Assembly: GCA_022827625.1 (NCBI GenBank)
Contig: JAJEIE010000024.1
Span: 40,227 to 104,226, forward strand
Direction: 5' to 3'
Source of the DNA: Candidatus Poribacteria bacterium
GTDB taxonomy: Bacteria > Poribacteria > WGA-4E > WGA-3G
Length of the DNA: 64,000 nt
Under the pieces are notes generated by a model that had not been told where the DNA came from, ran no database searches, and saw only the letters and a program-made list of their open reading frames with translations. The translations under genes were made by a program, and so were the position numbers. Below, in pieces: positions 39,631 through 49,526 of the stretch. How positions within the stretch are numbered: position 1 is the stretch's first letter; every line of letters begins with the position of its first letter.

Positions 39631-40905
39631 ATGGCACGCAATTTCCAAAGACGAGACCGCAATAAGCAGAATACCTCGGCGAATGTAAAAGCCGGACGCA
39701 GTTATTGGACGAACACGCGCCCCTATAGTGTCGTCGAAGAAAACCAGAGACGCGTGACCGAGGAAACGGTTATCCCAAGACCTGGACGGATGGATCGAGG
39801 CATCATCGCACTGACTTTCTGTCTCCTTGCCATCGGTATTTTGATGGTCTACAGTTCGAGCCATCTGCTCTCTTCAAGGCACTATGACGGCTACAGTTAC
39901 CGGTATTTGCAGATACACATTGTTGCCTGTGTAATTGGCTTAACAGGGATGTTTGTCGCTTCCTATTTACCCTATAGATTTTATGCGAAGCATGCCAATC
40001 TTTTTTTAATACTTGCCTTTGTAGGCTTACTCTTGGTCTTCGTGCCAAGTTTAGGCGCGAGTGTACAAGGGGCAGAGGGTGGACGGTTTAACCGTTGGAT
40101 TCGTATAGGAAACTTACCTATCAATTTTCAACCCGTTGAATTCGCAAAAATAGCATTGGTCATCCATGTAGCGCATTTCATCAGCAGAGATCCAGAGCGC
40201 GTCAAAAGTTTCTTTAACGGTGTCCTGCCCAATATCTTGATTGTGGGTGCTGCCTTCGGATTGGTCGCAACTCAACCTGATTTTGGTTCTGCTTTCTTAT
40301 TAGCGGTGACGGTTTGTATCGTCCTATTTATAGGGGGCATCCGGATCCTGCATACATTGGCACTCGTTGGTGCCGGCGGTGGACTCCTCAGCTTCCTCAT
40401 CATTCGAGATCCTTATAGACTCAAGCGGTTCTTGGACTATTTTGCTATGTTGAAGTCACCGGATGCAACAAATTATCAGTTAACCCGATCCTTAGATGCG
40501 CTTGAGGGCGGCGGGTTCCTCGGCGTAGGCATCGACAGTAGCCTGCAGAAAATATCGCGACTCCCTTATCCGCATACGGATTTTATCTTCGCAGTGCTCG
40601 GCGAAGAATTCGGATTCATTGGTGCTGTGACGGTAACAATCCTTTTTATGTTGTTTATATGGCGCGGGTTGTATATTGCCCGACGGACAGACGACCTCTT
40701 CGCATCTCTACTCGCTACCGGGCTTACAGTCCTCATCGGTTTACAGGCATTCATCAACATCGGTGTTGTGATCGGACTGTTACCAACAAAAGGTATTACC
40801 TTACCTTTTATTAGCTACGGTGGCTCGTCAATCGTCCTCAGTTTGGTAAGCGTCGGTATACTTTTGAATGTCTCGCGGACCACCAATTCGCCGGCTAAGG
40901 ATTGA
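39631..40905 (+). CDS. ftsW: SEDS-family peptidoglycan glycosyltransferase FtsW
   Basis: Polytopic FtsW/RodA family protein; position in the dcw cluster. Confidence 0.9.
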   Translation: MARNFQRRDRNKQNTSANVKAGRSYWTNTRPYSVVEENQRRVTEETVIPRPGRMDRGIIALTFCLLAIGILMVYSSSHLLSSRHYDGYSYRYLQIHIVACVIGLTGMFVASYLPYRFYAKHANLFLILAFVGLLLVFVPSLGASVQGAEGGRFNRWIRIGNLPINFQPVEFAKIALVIHVAHFISRDPERVKSFFNGVLPNILIVGAAFGLVATQPDFGSAFLLAVTVCIVLFIGGIRILHTLALVGAGGGLLSFLIIRDPYRLKRFLDYFAMLKSPDATNYQLTRSLDALEGGGFLGVGIDSSLQKISRLPYPHTDFIFAVLGEEFGFIGAVTVTILFMLFIWRGLYIARRTDDLFASLLATGLTVLIGLQAFINIGVVIGLLPTKGITLPFISYGGSSIVLSLVSVGILLNVSRTTNSPAKD

Positions 40906-40942
40906 GAGTTAACTTAACGTGAACTCGAGAAAAAGGTTACTT

Positions 40943-40965
40943 GTACCGCAAACTGTTAGTTTGCG
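40943..40965. repeat. 23-nt palindromic element GTACCGCAAACTGTTAGTTTGCG, one of 6 copies, with an inverted variant at 40976..40998
   Basis: 8-bp arms CGCAAACT/AGTTTGCG around a 3-nt spacer. Near-identical copies lie at 49463..49485, 56920..56942, 62424..62446 and 62910..62932, with a half-site at about 62622. Confidence 0.85.
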
Positions 40966-40989
40966 AAGCACACGCCACAAACTAACAGT

Positions 40990-42207
40990 TTGTGCTACAA
41001 TTTTAATATAATGGATTCTAAATTTTACGATACAAATTTATCAGACACAAATAGTCTCTATCAAACGACTGTTGAGGAATGGGCAACACAGAAAAAAGTC
41101 GTTATTGCTGGCGGTGGAACAGGGGGTCATATCTACCCTGCCATCGGGATTGCCCAGGCACTACAACGCTTAGACGCTACGGTGGATATTGTGTTCATCG
41201 GCGGTAGAGATCGCTTGGAGTCGAAGTTAATTCCACAGCACGGCTTCCGTTTCATGCCTATTTCTGTCGCTGGTTTTCCGAGACGCTTGACTTTACAGTG
41301 GGTGTCGGTTCTCTGGAAAGCCTTTCGCGGTCTCCACCAGTCGTTGCACTACATGAAACAACTGAAGCCAGACATCGTTATAGGAACTGGCGGATATGTC
41401 TCAGGACCGGTGCTTTTAGCCGGTCTCCTGCGCCGAATTCCGGTAGCTATCCAAGAACAGAACGCTTCAGTCGGTTTAACAAACGGGGTCTTGGCACGCT
41501 GGGCAAAAATGGCGTATCTCGCTATGGCATCTGTTCACAACAGCAACTCGTTCCGACACACCCCAAGTGTCGAGGTTACGGGAAACCCGATTCGTCCTGC
41601 GATCGCCACGTTCCAGAAGTCTGAGGCGACGTATCGGAAATTCGGGTTGTTTCCAGAGCGGAAAACAATCTTTGTGATGGGTGGCAGTCAGGGGGCACAT
41701 GCTATCAACGACGCGATTGTGGCGGCGCTGCCGTATTTGCTGGAATTCGCCGATCAGCTCCAAATAGTGCATCAGACAGGCGCAGCGGAGGCAGCGGCTG
41801 TTCAGGCTGTGTATCACGACAAACTTGAATCGCATCCCGAATTGCGATGTTGTGTCCAACCCTTTTTTGATACTATTGAGGAGATCTATAGTATCGCAGA
41901 TGTTATGGTGTGCAGGGCGGGTGGCATGACTGTCGCTGAAGTTACGGCTTGTGGTATCCCCGCAATTTTCATTCCTTTACCCTCGCAAACCGGGAATGAC
42001 CAAGTATTGAACGCTCACGCTGTCGCAGAAAAGGGCGGTGCGGTGGTCCTTGAACAGGGCATGTTTACAGTAGAAACCCTTGTTCAAAATCTGGTGAACA
42101 TCCTACTTGATGAAAATACACATGAACGGATGGTCGCTGCAAGTCGAGCACTCGGTAAACCCCATGCCAGTGATCACATTGCCACGTCTATTCTTTCGTT
42201 TACTTAG
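40990..42207 (+). CDS. murG: Undecaprenyldiphospho-muramoylpentapeptide beta-N-acetylglucosaminyltransferase
   Basis: GGTGGHIYPAIGIAQAL N-terminal motif; GT28 family. Confidence 0.9.
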   Translation: MCYNFNIMDSKFYDTNLSDTNSLYQTTVEEWATQKKVVIAGGGTGGHIYPAIGIAQALQRLDATVDIVFIGGRDRLESKLIPQHGFRFMPISVAGFPRRLTLQWVSVLWKAFRGLHQSLHYMKQLKPDIVIGTGGYVSGPVLLAGLLRRIPVAIQEQNASVGLTNGVLARWAKMAYLAMASVHNSNSFRHTPSVEVTGNPIRPAIATFQKSEATYRKFGLFPERKTIFVMGGSQGAHAINDAIVAALPYLLEFADQLQIVHQTGAAEAAAVQAVYHDKLESHPELRCCVQPFFDTIEEIYSIADVMVCRAGGMTVAEVTACGIPAIFIPLPSQTGNDQVLNAHAVAEKGGAVVLEQGMFTVETLVQNLVNILLDENTHERMVAASRALGKPHASDHIATSILSFT

Positions 42208-42310
42208 TTGTTTTTTGTAATTAAGGTTGATTTTTTGCCTCGTAATAGGTTAAAAAATTAAAAGATATTATAATTAACTATAGTTTGGACAATTAAGGCA
42301 AAACAACTGT

Positions 42311-43678
42311 ATGTTTGGAAAAACACGGCATATTCATATTATCGGTATCGGCGGTGCTGGCTTAAGCGGTATTGCTGAAATCTTGCTTGACCTCGAATTT
42401 AAGGTGACCGGTTCGGATATCAAAAAATCTGATACAACGGAACACCTACGAAATATTGGAGCCACTGTCTTCTATGGACATGCTGCAAGGCAGATAGAAG
42501 GTGCCGATGTCGTCGTTGTGTCTCCCGCTATTCCACCCGAAAATTCGGAGCTCCTCGCTGCACAGGATCAAAAAATCCCTATCGTTAGGGGTGCTGAGAT
42601 GCTCAATGAAATTACGCGGATGCGCTATAGCGTGGCAATCAGTGGCACACATGGGAAAACAACGACGACTGCAATGACTGCCACAGTCCTGAGCAGTCTG
42701 GATCCAACAGTTGTTGTCGGCGGAAAACTCGTGGATGGCAGCCATGCCCGGAGTGGTGAAGGCGATGTCATGGTCATCGAAGCCGACGAGGCTTATGGGT
42801 CTATTGAGATGTTCTATCCGACTGTGGCTGTTGTCACATCCGTTGATGCAGACCATCTCGATTATTATCGGAGTGTTGCCGAAATTGGGGAGACGTTTCT
42901 CAAATTCATCAATAAGGTGCCTTTTTATGGCGCAGCTATTCTCTGCTTGGATGCAGAGAATATTCAGAAATTCATTCCCAGAATTGAGAAACGCTATCTT
43001 ACCTATGGGCTTGAAACTGGGGCAGATTTGGTCGCTGAAGGCATCGTTGTTGAGGGACCGACGTCCCGCTATCGCGTCCGGAAAAATGGGCATCTCTACG
43101 GTGAAGTCCATCTTAAAATGCCAGGACGGCATAATATCTCTAATTCCTTAGCAGCGATAGCCGTCGGACTTGAGTTGGATATTCCGTTTGACCAGATTCG
43201 CGAAAGACTGGAGTCCTTTGCCGGTGTACATCGGCGTTTTGAAATACTCGGTAAGGTCAATAATATTATCGTTGTTGATGATTACGCACATAACCCGGCG
43301 AAATTAAAAGCAGCCCTGAGTGGTGCCAGAGATGGTTACAAACGGCGAATCGTCGCCGTCTTTCAACCCCATCGCTACCAACGGGTCAGAGACTTGGCAG
43401 ATGAATTCTCCCGCTCCTTTTATCAGGCAGATGTCCTCATTGTTACTTCAATCTACAGTGCTGGCGAAGCACCCATTGAAAATGTCACCGCTGAAAAATT
43501 GGTACAAGCAATACAGGCACATGGACATCGACACGTCCTTTACGTACCAGACACAGATGAAATTACGAATGTTCTCATGGAGATAACCCAGCCAGACGAT
43601 ATTGTTATTACGCTCGGTGCTGGAGACATCAGTAAGGTAGGACGAGAATTTTTAGCGAGACTTCAGGCGGAAAATTAA
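42311..43678 (+). CDS. murC: UDP-N-acetylmuramate--L-alanine ligase
   Basis: IHIIGIGGAGLSGIAEIL N-domain; P-loop GTHGKTTTT. Confidence 0.9.
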   Translation: MFGKTRHIHIIGIGGAGLSGIAEILLDLEFKVTGSDIKKSDTTEHLRNIGATVFYGHAARQIEGADVVVVSPAIPPENSELLAAQDQKIPIVRGAEMLNEITRMRYSVAISGTHGKTTTTAMTATVLSSLDPTVVVGGKLVDGSHARSGEGDVMVIEADEAYGSIEMFYPTVAVVTSVDADHLDYYRSVAEIGETFLKFINKVPFYGAAILCLDAENIQKFIPRIEKRYLTYGLETGADLVAEGIVVEGPTSRYRVRKNGHLYGEVHLKMPGRHNISNSLAAIAVGLELDIPFDQIRERLESFAGVHRRFEILGKVNNIIVVDDYAHNPAKLKAALSGARDGYKRRIVAVFQPHRYQRVRDLADEFSRSFYQADVLIVTSIYSAGEAPIENVTAEKLVQAIQAHGHRHVLYVPDTDEITNVLMEITQPDDIVITLGAGDISKVGREFLARLQAEN

Positions 43679-43753
43679 TCATTTTCTTGTTGTTTTGTAT
43701 TTTCTTCTCTAATCGTCTCGTTTTTATCTACAACTAAAACGGACGGCGGACAA

Positions 43754-44683
43754 ATGTTTGCTCAATCACGACGTAAAAAATATACCGCTTATGTGCGCGA
43801 GACTTCGATGCCCACAAGGCGACTTGGTAAGCATCCGAATGCCAAGGTTTACATGTACCGGCGCGTGATTTTTGCCGTCACTATTGTACTGACCTGCGCT
43901 TTTATCGCGAAGATCGTACTCAGTTTTTTCGGCACTGAATATGTCTCTTTTGAATTGTCTGGAAATGTACACTATACAGAAGGACAAATCTATGATATAT
44001 TGGCTAAACAGTTGGACAACATCGTTACAGATTCTGAAGAACAAACGGAGAACTATCTCAAAGAAAACCTGAGTTATATTAAAGAGGCACACGTTTCCAA
44101 GCGTGTAATGAAACGTTTATTCACTATTGAAATTACCGAGCGGGAACCTTTTGCCTTGCTCAGGTTTTATGCGGGCTTTAAAAATCCGCCTGTTCTCGGT
44201 ACAGGTGCTGATCAGGATTGTTCATTTTTCTTATTGGATGTTGATACACAGGTTTTGGAGCGTATAGAGGTCGGAGAAATCGGAGTGCCGGTGGATAAAC
44301 GGTTCCAAGGAATGGTTACGCTGATTGCAGCAGGTGATAAACTCCCAAAGGTTGGGGCGACCTTCCAAACTTCAGGAGTTTCTATGGCGGTAAACGTTTT
44401 AAAAAGTGCGATGCGCCAGCAACCCGAACTCGCAAGCCAGATAGAAACTATTGACGCAAGTCGCCCGCAGCAAATTAGAATGTATATTGAAACACTACCG
44501 CTGCCGGTCTGGATCGCAGCGGATGCGATTGAAACCGGGATTTATCATGCTACGTTGCTTTTAAGACAGCACAAGGGGCGTATTCTCGAACTGCTCAAAG
44601 CACATCCAGATGCGACACAACCGTACCTGGACGCAAGATTTGAAGATTCAATCTACTTAGGTGGTTATACACAGACGCAATAG
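43754..44683 (+). CDS. ftsQ: Cell division protein FtsQ/DivIB-like (TM + POTRA)
   Basis: N-terminal TM helix (VIFAVTIVLTCAFIAKIVL), POTRA-like region; position between murC and ftsA. Confidence 0.7.
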   Translation: MFAQSRRKKYTAYVRETSMPTRRLGKHPNAKVYMYRRVIFAVTIVLTCAFIAKIVLSFFGTEYVSFELSGNVHYTEGQIYDILAKQLDNIVTDSEEQTENYLKENLSYIKEAHVSKRVMKRLFTIEITEREPFALLRFYAGFKNPPVLGTGADQDCSFFLLDVDTQVLERIEVGEIGVPVDKRFQGMVTLIAAGDKLPKVGATFQTSGVSMAVNVLKSAMRQQPELASQIETIDASRPQQIRMYIETLPLPVWIAADAIETGIYHATLLLRQHKGRILELLKAHPDATQPYLDARFEDSIYLGGYTQTQ

Positions 44684-44777
44684 CGTCTATTTCGTAGATA
44701 CTGGATCGTGCGGCGTGTAAAATGCTGGTGCTCAGCCGTTTTTTAAAATACAGAAAAAGAAAATACAGAAGAAGGGA

Positions 44778-46013
44778 GTGAAAACCTACATGCCCAAACA
44801 GAATGTTATCGCAGGACTTGATATCGGATCGAGCAAAATTTCAGTAATAGTTGGGAACACCCTACACGGGAGTCAGGAAAAGATAGGGATCGTCGGTGTT
44901 GGCCATGCACCTTCCAAAGGGCTTAGAGGCGGGGTTGTCGTTGACATCAATCAGACAGCCGAAGCCATCCGCACAGCCATCTCCAGCGCGGAATTAATGG
45001 CAGGTGTCAAAATCGATTCCGTCTGCGTCGGCATTTCCGGGGAACATATCATCGGGCAAACCTCACATGGGGTCGTCTCTGTCGCCAATACTGAAATTTC
45101 GCATGAAGATGTTGAGCGCGCAATGGTAGCGGCGAAGGCGATCTCCATTCCTTCTGACCGTGAAAATCTACACGTTATTCAACAGAGTTTTGTCGTTGAC
45201 GCACAGAGTCGTATCAGAGAGCCTGTCGGGATGTCAGGGGCGCGGCTCGAAGCCTATGCCTATATTATTACGGGTGGCACAACGGCTATTCAGAATTTGC
45301 TCAATAGTATTGAAAAAGCCGGTGTGCCGATCGTTGAGACGCTCGTCGCAGCGCCGCTCGCAGCCTCCCAAGCCGTCCTCTCAAGAGATGAACGCGAAGT
45401 CGGGATCGCACTCGTTGATATCGGTGATGGCACAACTGAAATCATTGTTTATAAAGAGGATTCTATTCAACATACAGCCGTAATTCCTGTCGGTGGACAG
45501 CATATCACGAATGACATCGCGCAGTACCTAAAGGTTACCCTCCCCGAAGCGGAAGAACTGAAAATTCATCGAGGCTGTGCTTGGACGGAATTGGTGACGA
45601 TGGATGATGTACACCCGATTCCAGTCGCTACGGATGCCAAACCGCGTTTCATTGATCGATACGAACTGACGCAAATTATCGAATACCGCATGGCGGAAAT
45701 CCTTGAGATTATCGCTTATGAATTGGGGGATACGCCCCTGCCGGGAGGCCTCGTCTTCACTGGAGGCACCTCGCTCATCGATGGGCTACAAGAACTTGCT
45801 GAAACCATGCTACAACTTCGTGTTCAGATCGGCTATCCCACGGAAATACAAGGATTAACCGATCGCGTCAATCATCCGATGTACGCTGCTGGCATCGGGC
45901 TTGCGCTTTATGGTGAAAGTCTCAGACAACAAGAATATGAAAACCACATGCGCCGTCGCGGTAATACCTTCGGGGCATTTCTGCAACGTGTCAAAGAGTG
46001 GTTCGGCTATTAA
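44778..46013 (+). CDS. ftsA: Cell division protein FtsA (actin-like ATPase)
   Basis: IAGLDIGSSKISVIVG phosphate-1 motif, the VDIGDGTTEI motif, and a C-terminal amphipathic tail. Confidence 0.9.
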   Translation: MKTYMPKQNVIAGLDIGSSKISVIVGNTLHGSQEKIGIVGVGHAPSKGLRGGVVVDINQTAEAIRTAISSAELMAGVKIDSVCVGISGEHIIGQTSHGVVSVANTEISHEDVERAMVAAKAISIPSDRENLHVIQQSFVVDAQSRIREPVGMSGARLEAYAYIITGGTTAIQNLLNSIEKAGVPIVETLVAAPLAASQAVLSRDEREVGIALVDIGDGTTEIIVYKEDSIQHTAVIPVGGQHITNDIAQYLKVTLPEAEELKIHRGCAWTELVTMDDVHPIPVATDAKPRFIDRYELTQIIEYRMAEILEIIAYELGDTPLPGGLVFTGGTSLIDGLQELAETMLQLRVQIGYPTEIQGLTDRVNHPMYAAGIGLALYGESLRQQEYENHMRRRGNTFGAFLQRVKEWFGY

Positions 46014-46054
46014 ATCCACAAACTACGCAGCTTCGCCTTAACTTACAGGAATAC

Positions 46055-46083
46055 TTGACTTAACGCGTCTATTAGCGTATAAT
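46055..46083 (+). promoter_or_regulatory. Consensus sigma70-type promoter (TTGACT-17-TATAAT) in the ftsA-ftsZ spacer
   Basis: Exact -35 TTGACT (46055-46060) and -10 TATAAT (46078-46083) with a 17-bp spacer, about 120 nt upstream of ftsZ. Confidence 0.5.
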
Positions 46084-46201
46084 TTAACATGAAAAAGCAA
46101 ACCCAATGAAAGTTATTACGGAACCTCAGCCTGGAAATTGGGGCTATAACGATAGGAGGAATTAGGTTGCTGTGGCTTACGGATAGTAACTGAAATCCAA
46201 C

Positions 46202-47506
46202 ATGATAGAATTTGAACAAGAAGAATTTGAAAACTTACGCGCCAAAATCAAGGTCATTGGTGTTGGTGGAGCGGGTGGGAACGCTGTCAAACGGATGATT
46301 GAAGCAGGACTTACCGGCATAGAGTTTTACGCTGTTAACACAGATCAGCAAGCACTCCTGACCTGCCGTGGCGCCACGCAAATCCAGATCGGTGTGAACA
46401 CGACTGAGGGCTTGGGCTCCGGTGCGAACCCTGATGTGGGTAGAAAAGCCGCTGAAGAAGACAGAGAGCACCTGCAAACTATCGTCGAAAATGCCAACAT
46501 GGTCTTTATCACCGCTGGGATGGGCGGCGGCACGGGGACCGGTGCAGCCCCTCTTATCGCTTCGCTCGCACGAGAACGGAACGCACTGACTATCGGCGTT
46601 GTAACCAGACCCTTTAACTTTGAAGGACAGCGTCGCGCCGACCAAGCCGAAGCGGGACTCGATGAACTCCGCGCCGCAGCCGACTCTGTTATTGTTGTAC
46701 CCAATCAACGGCTCATTGACACAATGGACAGGAAACTCCCCATCCGAGACGCATTTCGTATCGGAGACCAGATCCTCCTCCACGGCGTTCAAAGCATCTC
46801 TGACATCATCACCGAAGCTGGCGAAATTAACGTTGACTTCGCTGATGTTGAATCCATTATGCGTGACGCAGGGAGCGCACTCATGGGAATGGGACGCGCA
46901 ACAGGCGACAATCGCGCCCAAATCGCTGCTGAACAAGCCATCAGCTCTCCGCTGCTCGAACAGACGAATATCGCTGGTGCTATCGGGATGATCGTCAACA
47001 TTACCGCACCCCCTGATTTTATGATGCATGAACTTGATGAGGCAATGCAGGTTATCAAAGATACCGCCATCGATGCACAAATTATCTTTGGGCTTGTTTA
47101 CAAAGATGAATTGGAACTCGGCGATGAAGTCCTTGTAACTGTCATCGCAACAGGTTTCGATGCGGATGAAGATCATATCTTCGGCGGACAAGAGAGAGAA
47201 TACGGCTCCCGGTACGCAGATGTAGATACGTATCAGAGACAGCCAGCGCCTGCACACAATCAATATACGTCAACCCCCGGCAGGACGCGACCCGGTGCCG
47301 GCAGAACCCCATCGAATAGATCTGTTGCACCCGTTCGTGGGCGCAGACCCAACGTCGAACCCCCTATGGAGCAAGAGGAGCAACCCCCGCAGCCGCGGCA
47401 AACCAGACCGTCGCGTGGGAAAGAAAAGTCACGGCAGCGCAGTGGTACGGATTGGGAAATCCCAGCATTCCTCCGCGTTCAAAAAAGAGGGCAGAACAAC
47501 AAATAG
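46202..47506 (+). CDS. ftsZ: Cell division GTPase FtsZ
   Basis: GGGTGTG tubulin signature, the T7 loop NVDFADV, and a disordered Pro/Arg-rich linker plus a conserved C-terminal peptide (DWEIPAFLR). Confidence 0.95.
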   Translation: MIEFEQEEFENLRAKIKVIGVGGAGGNAVKRMIEAGLTGIEFYAVNTDQQALLTCRGATQIQIGVNTTEGLGSGANPDVGRKAAEEDREHLQTIVENANMVFITAGMGGGTGTGAAPLIASLARERNALTIGVVTRPFNFEGQRRADQAEAGLDELRAAADSVIVVPNQRLIDTMDRKLPIRDAFRIGDQILLHGVQSISDIITEAGEINVDFADVESIMRDAGSALMGMGRATGDNRAQIAAEQAISSPLLEQTNIAGAIGMIVNITAPPDFMMHELDEAMQVIKDTAIDAQIIFGLVYKDELELGDEVLVTVIATGFDADEDHIFGGQEREYGSRYADVDTYQRQPAPAHNQYTSTPGRTRPGAGRTPSNRSVAPVRGRRPNVEPPMEQEEQPPQPRQTRPSRGKEKSRQRSGTDWEIPAFLRVQKRGQNNK

Positions 47507-47587
47507 AAATTACCTCTATATTTTCTTCCTATCAGTGCCACTTTTTAGTTAAGCGGGGTTTCTAACCCCGACGCGTAAGCCCTAAAG

Positions 47588-47620
47588 TAGCCTCGACCCC
47601 GTTATTGAGGCTACTTTATG
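47588..47620 (+). terminator. Hairpin (GTAGCCTC...GAGGCTAC) plus a short T-run downstream of ftsZ
   Basis: 8-bp perfect stem followed by TTTA; a second hairpin, cggggtt-tcta-aaccccg, lies just upstream at 47554-47570. Confidence 0.35.
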
Positions 47621-47690
47621 AACTCAAGTCACACTGCTTTTTCTTTACCGGCGCGTTTTTACGTGCACCGTACGATGTCCGAGGATAACT

Positions 47691-49415
47691 GTGGACTTAC
47701 GTCAACATTACCAACATCTCCGCAGCGAAGAACACGGCGGATATAATAATTTCAGGAAACCGAACAAATTTGCACTCGTCTATCCGAGTACTTACGAACT
47801 CGGCATGTCGAGTCTCGGTGTTCAAGTGATCTATGCGATCCTCAACAGTCGAACCGATACCGCTTGCGAACGGGTCTTTGTGCCTGAATCTCAACATCTT
47901 CGCCAACTTGTTAAGCAGAAAAGTCCGCTTTTCTCATTCGAGACGCAGACAGCACTCAATAGATTTGATATTGTTGGATTCTCTGTCTCCTTTGAATCGG
48001 ACTATGTGAACATCCCGCGGACGTTGGAACTCGCAAACATTCCACCGCTTGCCGAAGATCGCACAGAATGGGATCCGCTCATCATCGCGGGTGGTATCAA
48101 TATCGCTTACAATCCTGAACCGATTGCGGATTTCGTTGATGTCTTCGTCGTCGGTGAGGCAGAACTTGTCGTCCATCAACTCATGGCACATTTTGACGAG
48201 TGGCGGCAGCGTCGGGCACCCAAGCGCGAGTTGCTTGAAGTGCTTGCGACTGTGCCAGGACTCTATGTCCCCAGTTTTTATGAGGTGACGTATCAAGATG
48301 ATGGCACTATTGAGGCTGTCTCTCCAAAATCCGGGGTGTCCCCCCAGATTCGCGCAGGTGCCGTTCCTAAACTTGATGATGTTGAGACGTGTACACATAT
48401 CCATACCCCACATACTGAATTCTCAAATGCACATCTTATTGAAATCGTGCGCGGCTGCGGGCGACAATGCCGTTTCTGTGTTGCCGATTACGCACGCCGA
48501 TGGCCACGGCACCGCTCCGTAGAGAGTACACTTGCCCTCGCAGAACGGGCACGCGGCATTACGGACAGAATCGGACTCGTCGGTGCCTCGATCTCTGACC
48601 ATCCCCACATCGATGAGATCGCTTCAGGTCTCGTCGCGCGTGGGTTCCGTATCTCTTGTGCTTCACTTCGTGCTGAAACCGTCCGTGCCCCTTTACTCGA
48701 CGCACTCGCAGACAGCGAACAAGGAACAATCACGATCGCACCGGAGGTCGCAACGGAAGAACTCCAAAAGGTCGTCAATAAAGCGATCCCACGCGAACGG
48801 CTTTATCACGTCTTTGAGGAAGCATTGAAACGCGATATTCTCAATCTCCGTCTATACTTTCTTATCGGGGTCCCACAGGAAACCCCAGCGGATGTCGAGG
48901 CTATTGTTGAGATGGCAAAGGAGATGCGCACCATATTGCTGCCACACGCGAAACGGACCGGCAGGATGGCGCGTATCAGTTTTACCATTTCTCCGATGGT
49001 ACCGAAACCCCATACGCCTTTCCAGTGGGTCGCGATGGAACCCCCCAAAACCATTGCCCGAAAACTTGACTTTTTGAAACGCGAAATTAACGCGCTCGGT
49101 AGCATAAAGGTTGGCTCTGCCAGTGCCAGACTCGCACACCAAGAAGCCGTTTTCGCACGCGGTGATCGGCGGCTTGGAAAGGTTATATTAGAACTCGCAC
49201 GCGGGACATCGTGGAACCAAGCCTTCCGTCAATATGGACTGTCACCTCATTTTTACGCCACCCGTGAGCGTCCGCTGCATGAGGTCAATCCGTGGGATCA
49301 CCTCGACCTCAATGTCAAACCCCAGTTTTTGCAACTTGAATTCCACAAGCAGGAAAAAGGGTTTATGACCAGTGCTTGTGACACAACCGTCTGTAAAAAG
49401 TGCGGTGCTTGCTAA
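47691..49415 (+). CDS. B12-binding-like/radical SAM domain protein (TIGR03960-like family)
   Basis: CxxxCxxC radical SAM motif CGRQCRFCVADY, preceded by an N-terminal B12-binding-like domain (KFALVYPSTYELGMSSLGVQVIYAILN). Confidence 0.8.
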   Translation: MDLRQHYQHLRSEEHGGYNNFRKPNKFALVYPSTYELGMSSLGVQVIYAILNSRTDTACERVFVPESQHLRQLVKQKSPLFSFETQTALNRFDIVGFSVSFESDYVNIPRTLELANIPPLAEDRTEWDPLIIAGGINIAYNPEPIADFVDVFVVGEAELVVHQLMAHFDEWRQRRAPKRELLEVLATVPGLYVPSFYEVTYQDDGTIEAVSPKSGVSPQIRAGAVPKLDDVETCTHIHTPHTEFSNAHLIEIVRGCGRQCRFCVADYARRWPRHRSVESTLALAERARGITDRIGLVGASISDHPHIDEIASGLVARGFRISCASLRAETVRAPLLDALADSEQGTITIAPEVATEELQKVVNKAIPRERLYHVFEEALKRDILNLRLYFLIGVPQETPADVEAIVEMAKEMRTILLPHAKRTGRMARISFTISPMVPKPHTPFQWVAMEPPKTIARKLDFLKREINALGSIKVGSASARLAHQEAVFARGDRRLGKVILELARGTSWNQAFRQYGLSPHFYATRERPLHEVNPWDHLDLNVKPQFLQLEFHKQEKGFMTSACDTTVCKKCGAC

Positions 49416-49462
49416 AAAAAGTTATCGGTGCCTAATAGCCGACGGTTGTGGATTGCGTATTT

Positions 49463-49485
49463 GTAGCGCAAACTGTTAGTTTGCG
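49463..49485. repeat. 23-nt palindromic element copy (GTAGCGCAAACTGTTAGTTTGCG), about 42 nt upstream of the LamG gene start
   Basis: See 40943..40965. Confidence 0.85.
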
Positions 49486-49526
49486 TCTTAGACGACTGAC
49501 AACTCTTACTAAAGGAGGAACTCACT

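Noticed and set aside
46235-47263. 342-aa minus-strand ORF antisense to ftsZ. Similar long antisense ORFs occur at 27248..28018, 42446..43132, 57313..58050, 34924..35409 and 18322..18756.
   Set aside because: They lie entirely inside well-supported genes on the opposite strand and have no domain signatures or translation signals; typical GC-driven antisense frames.
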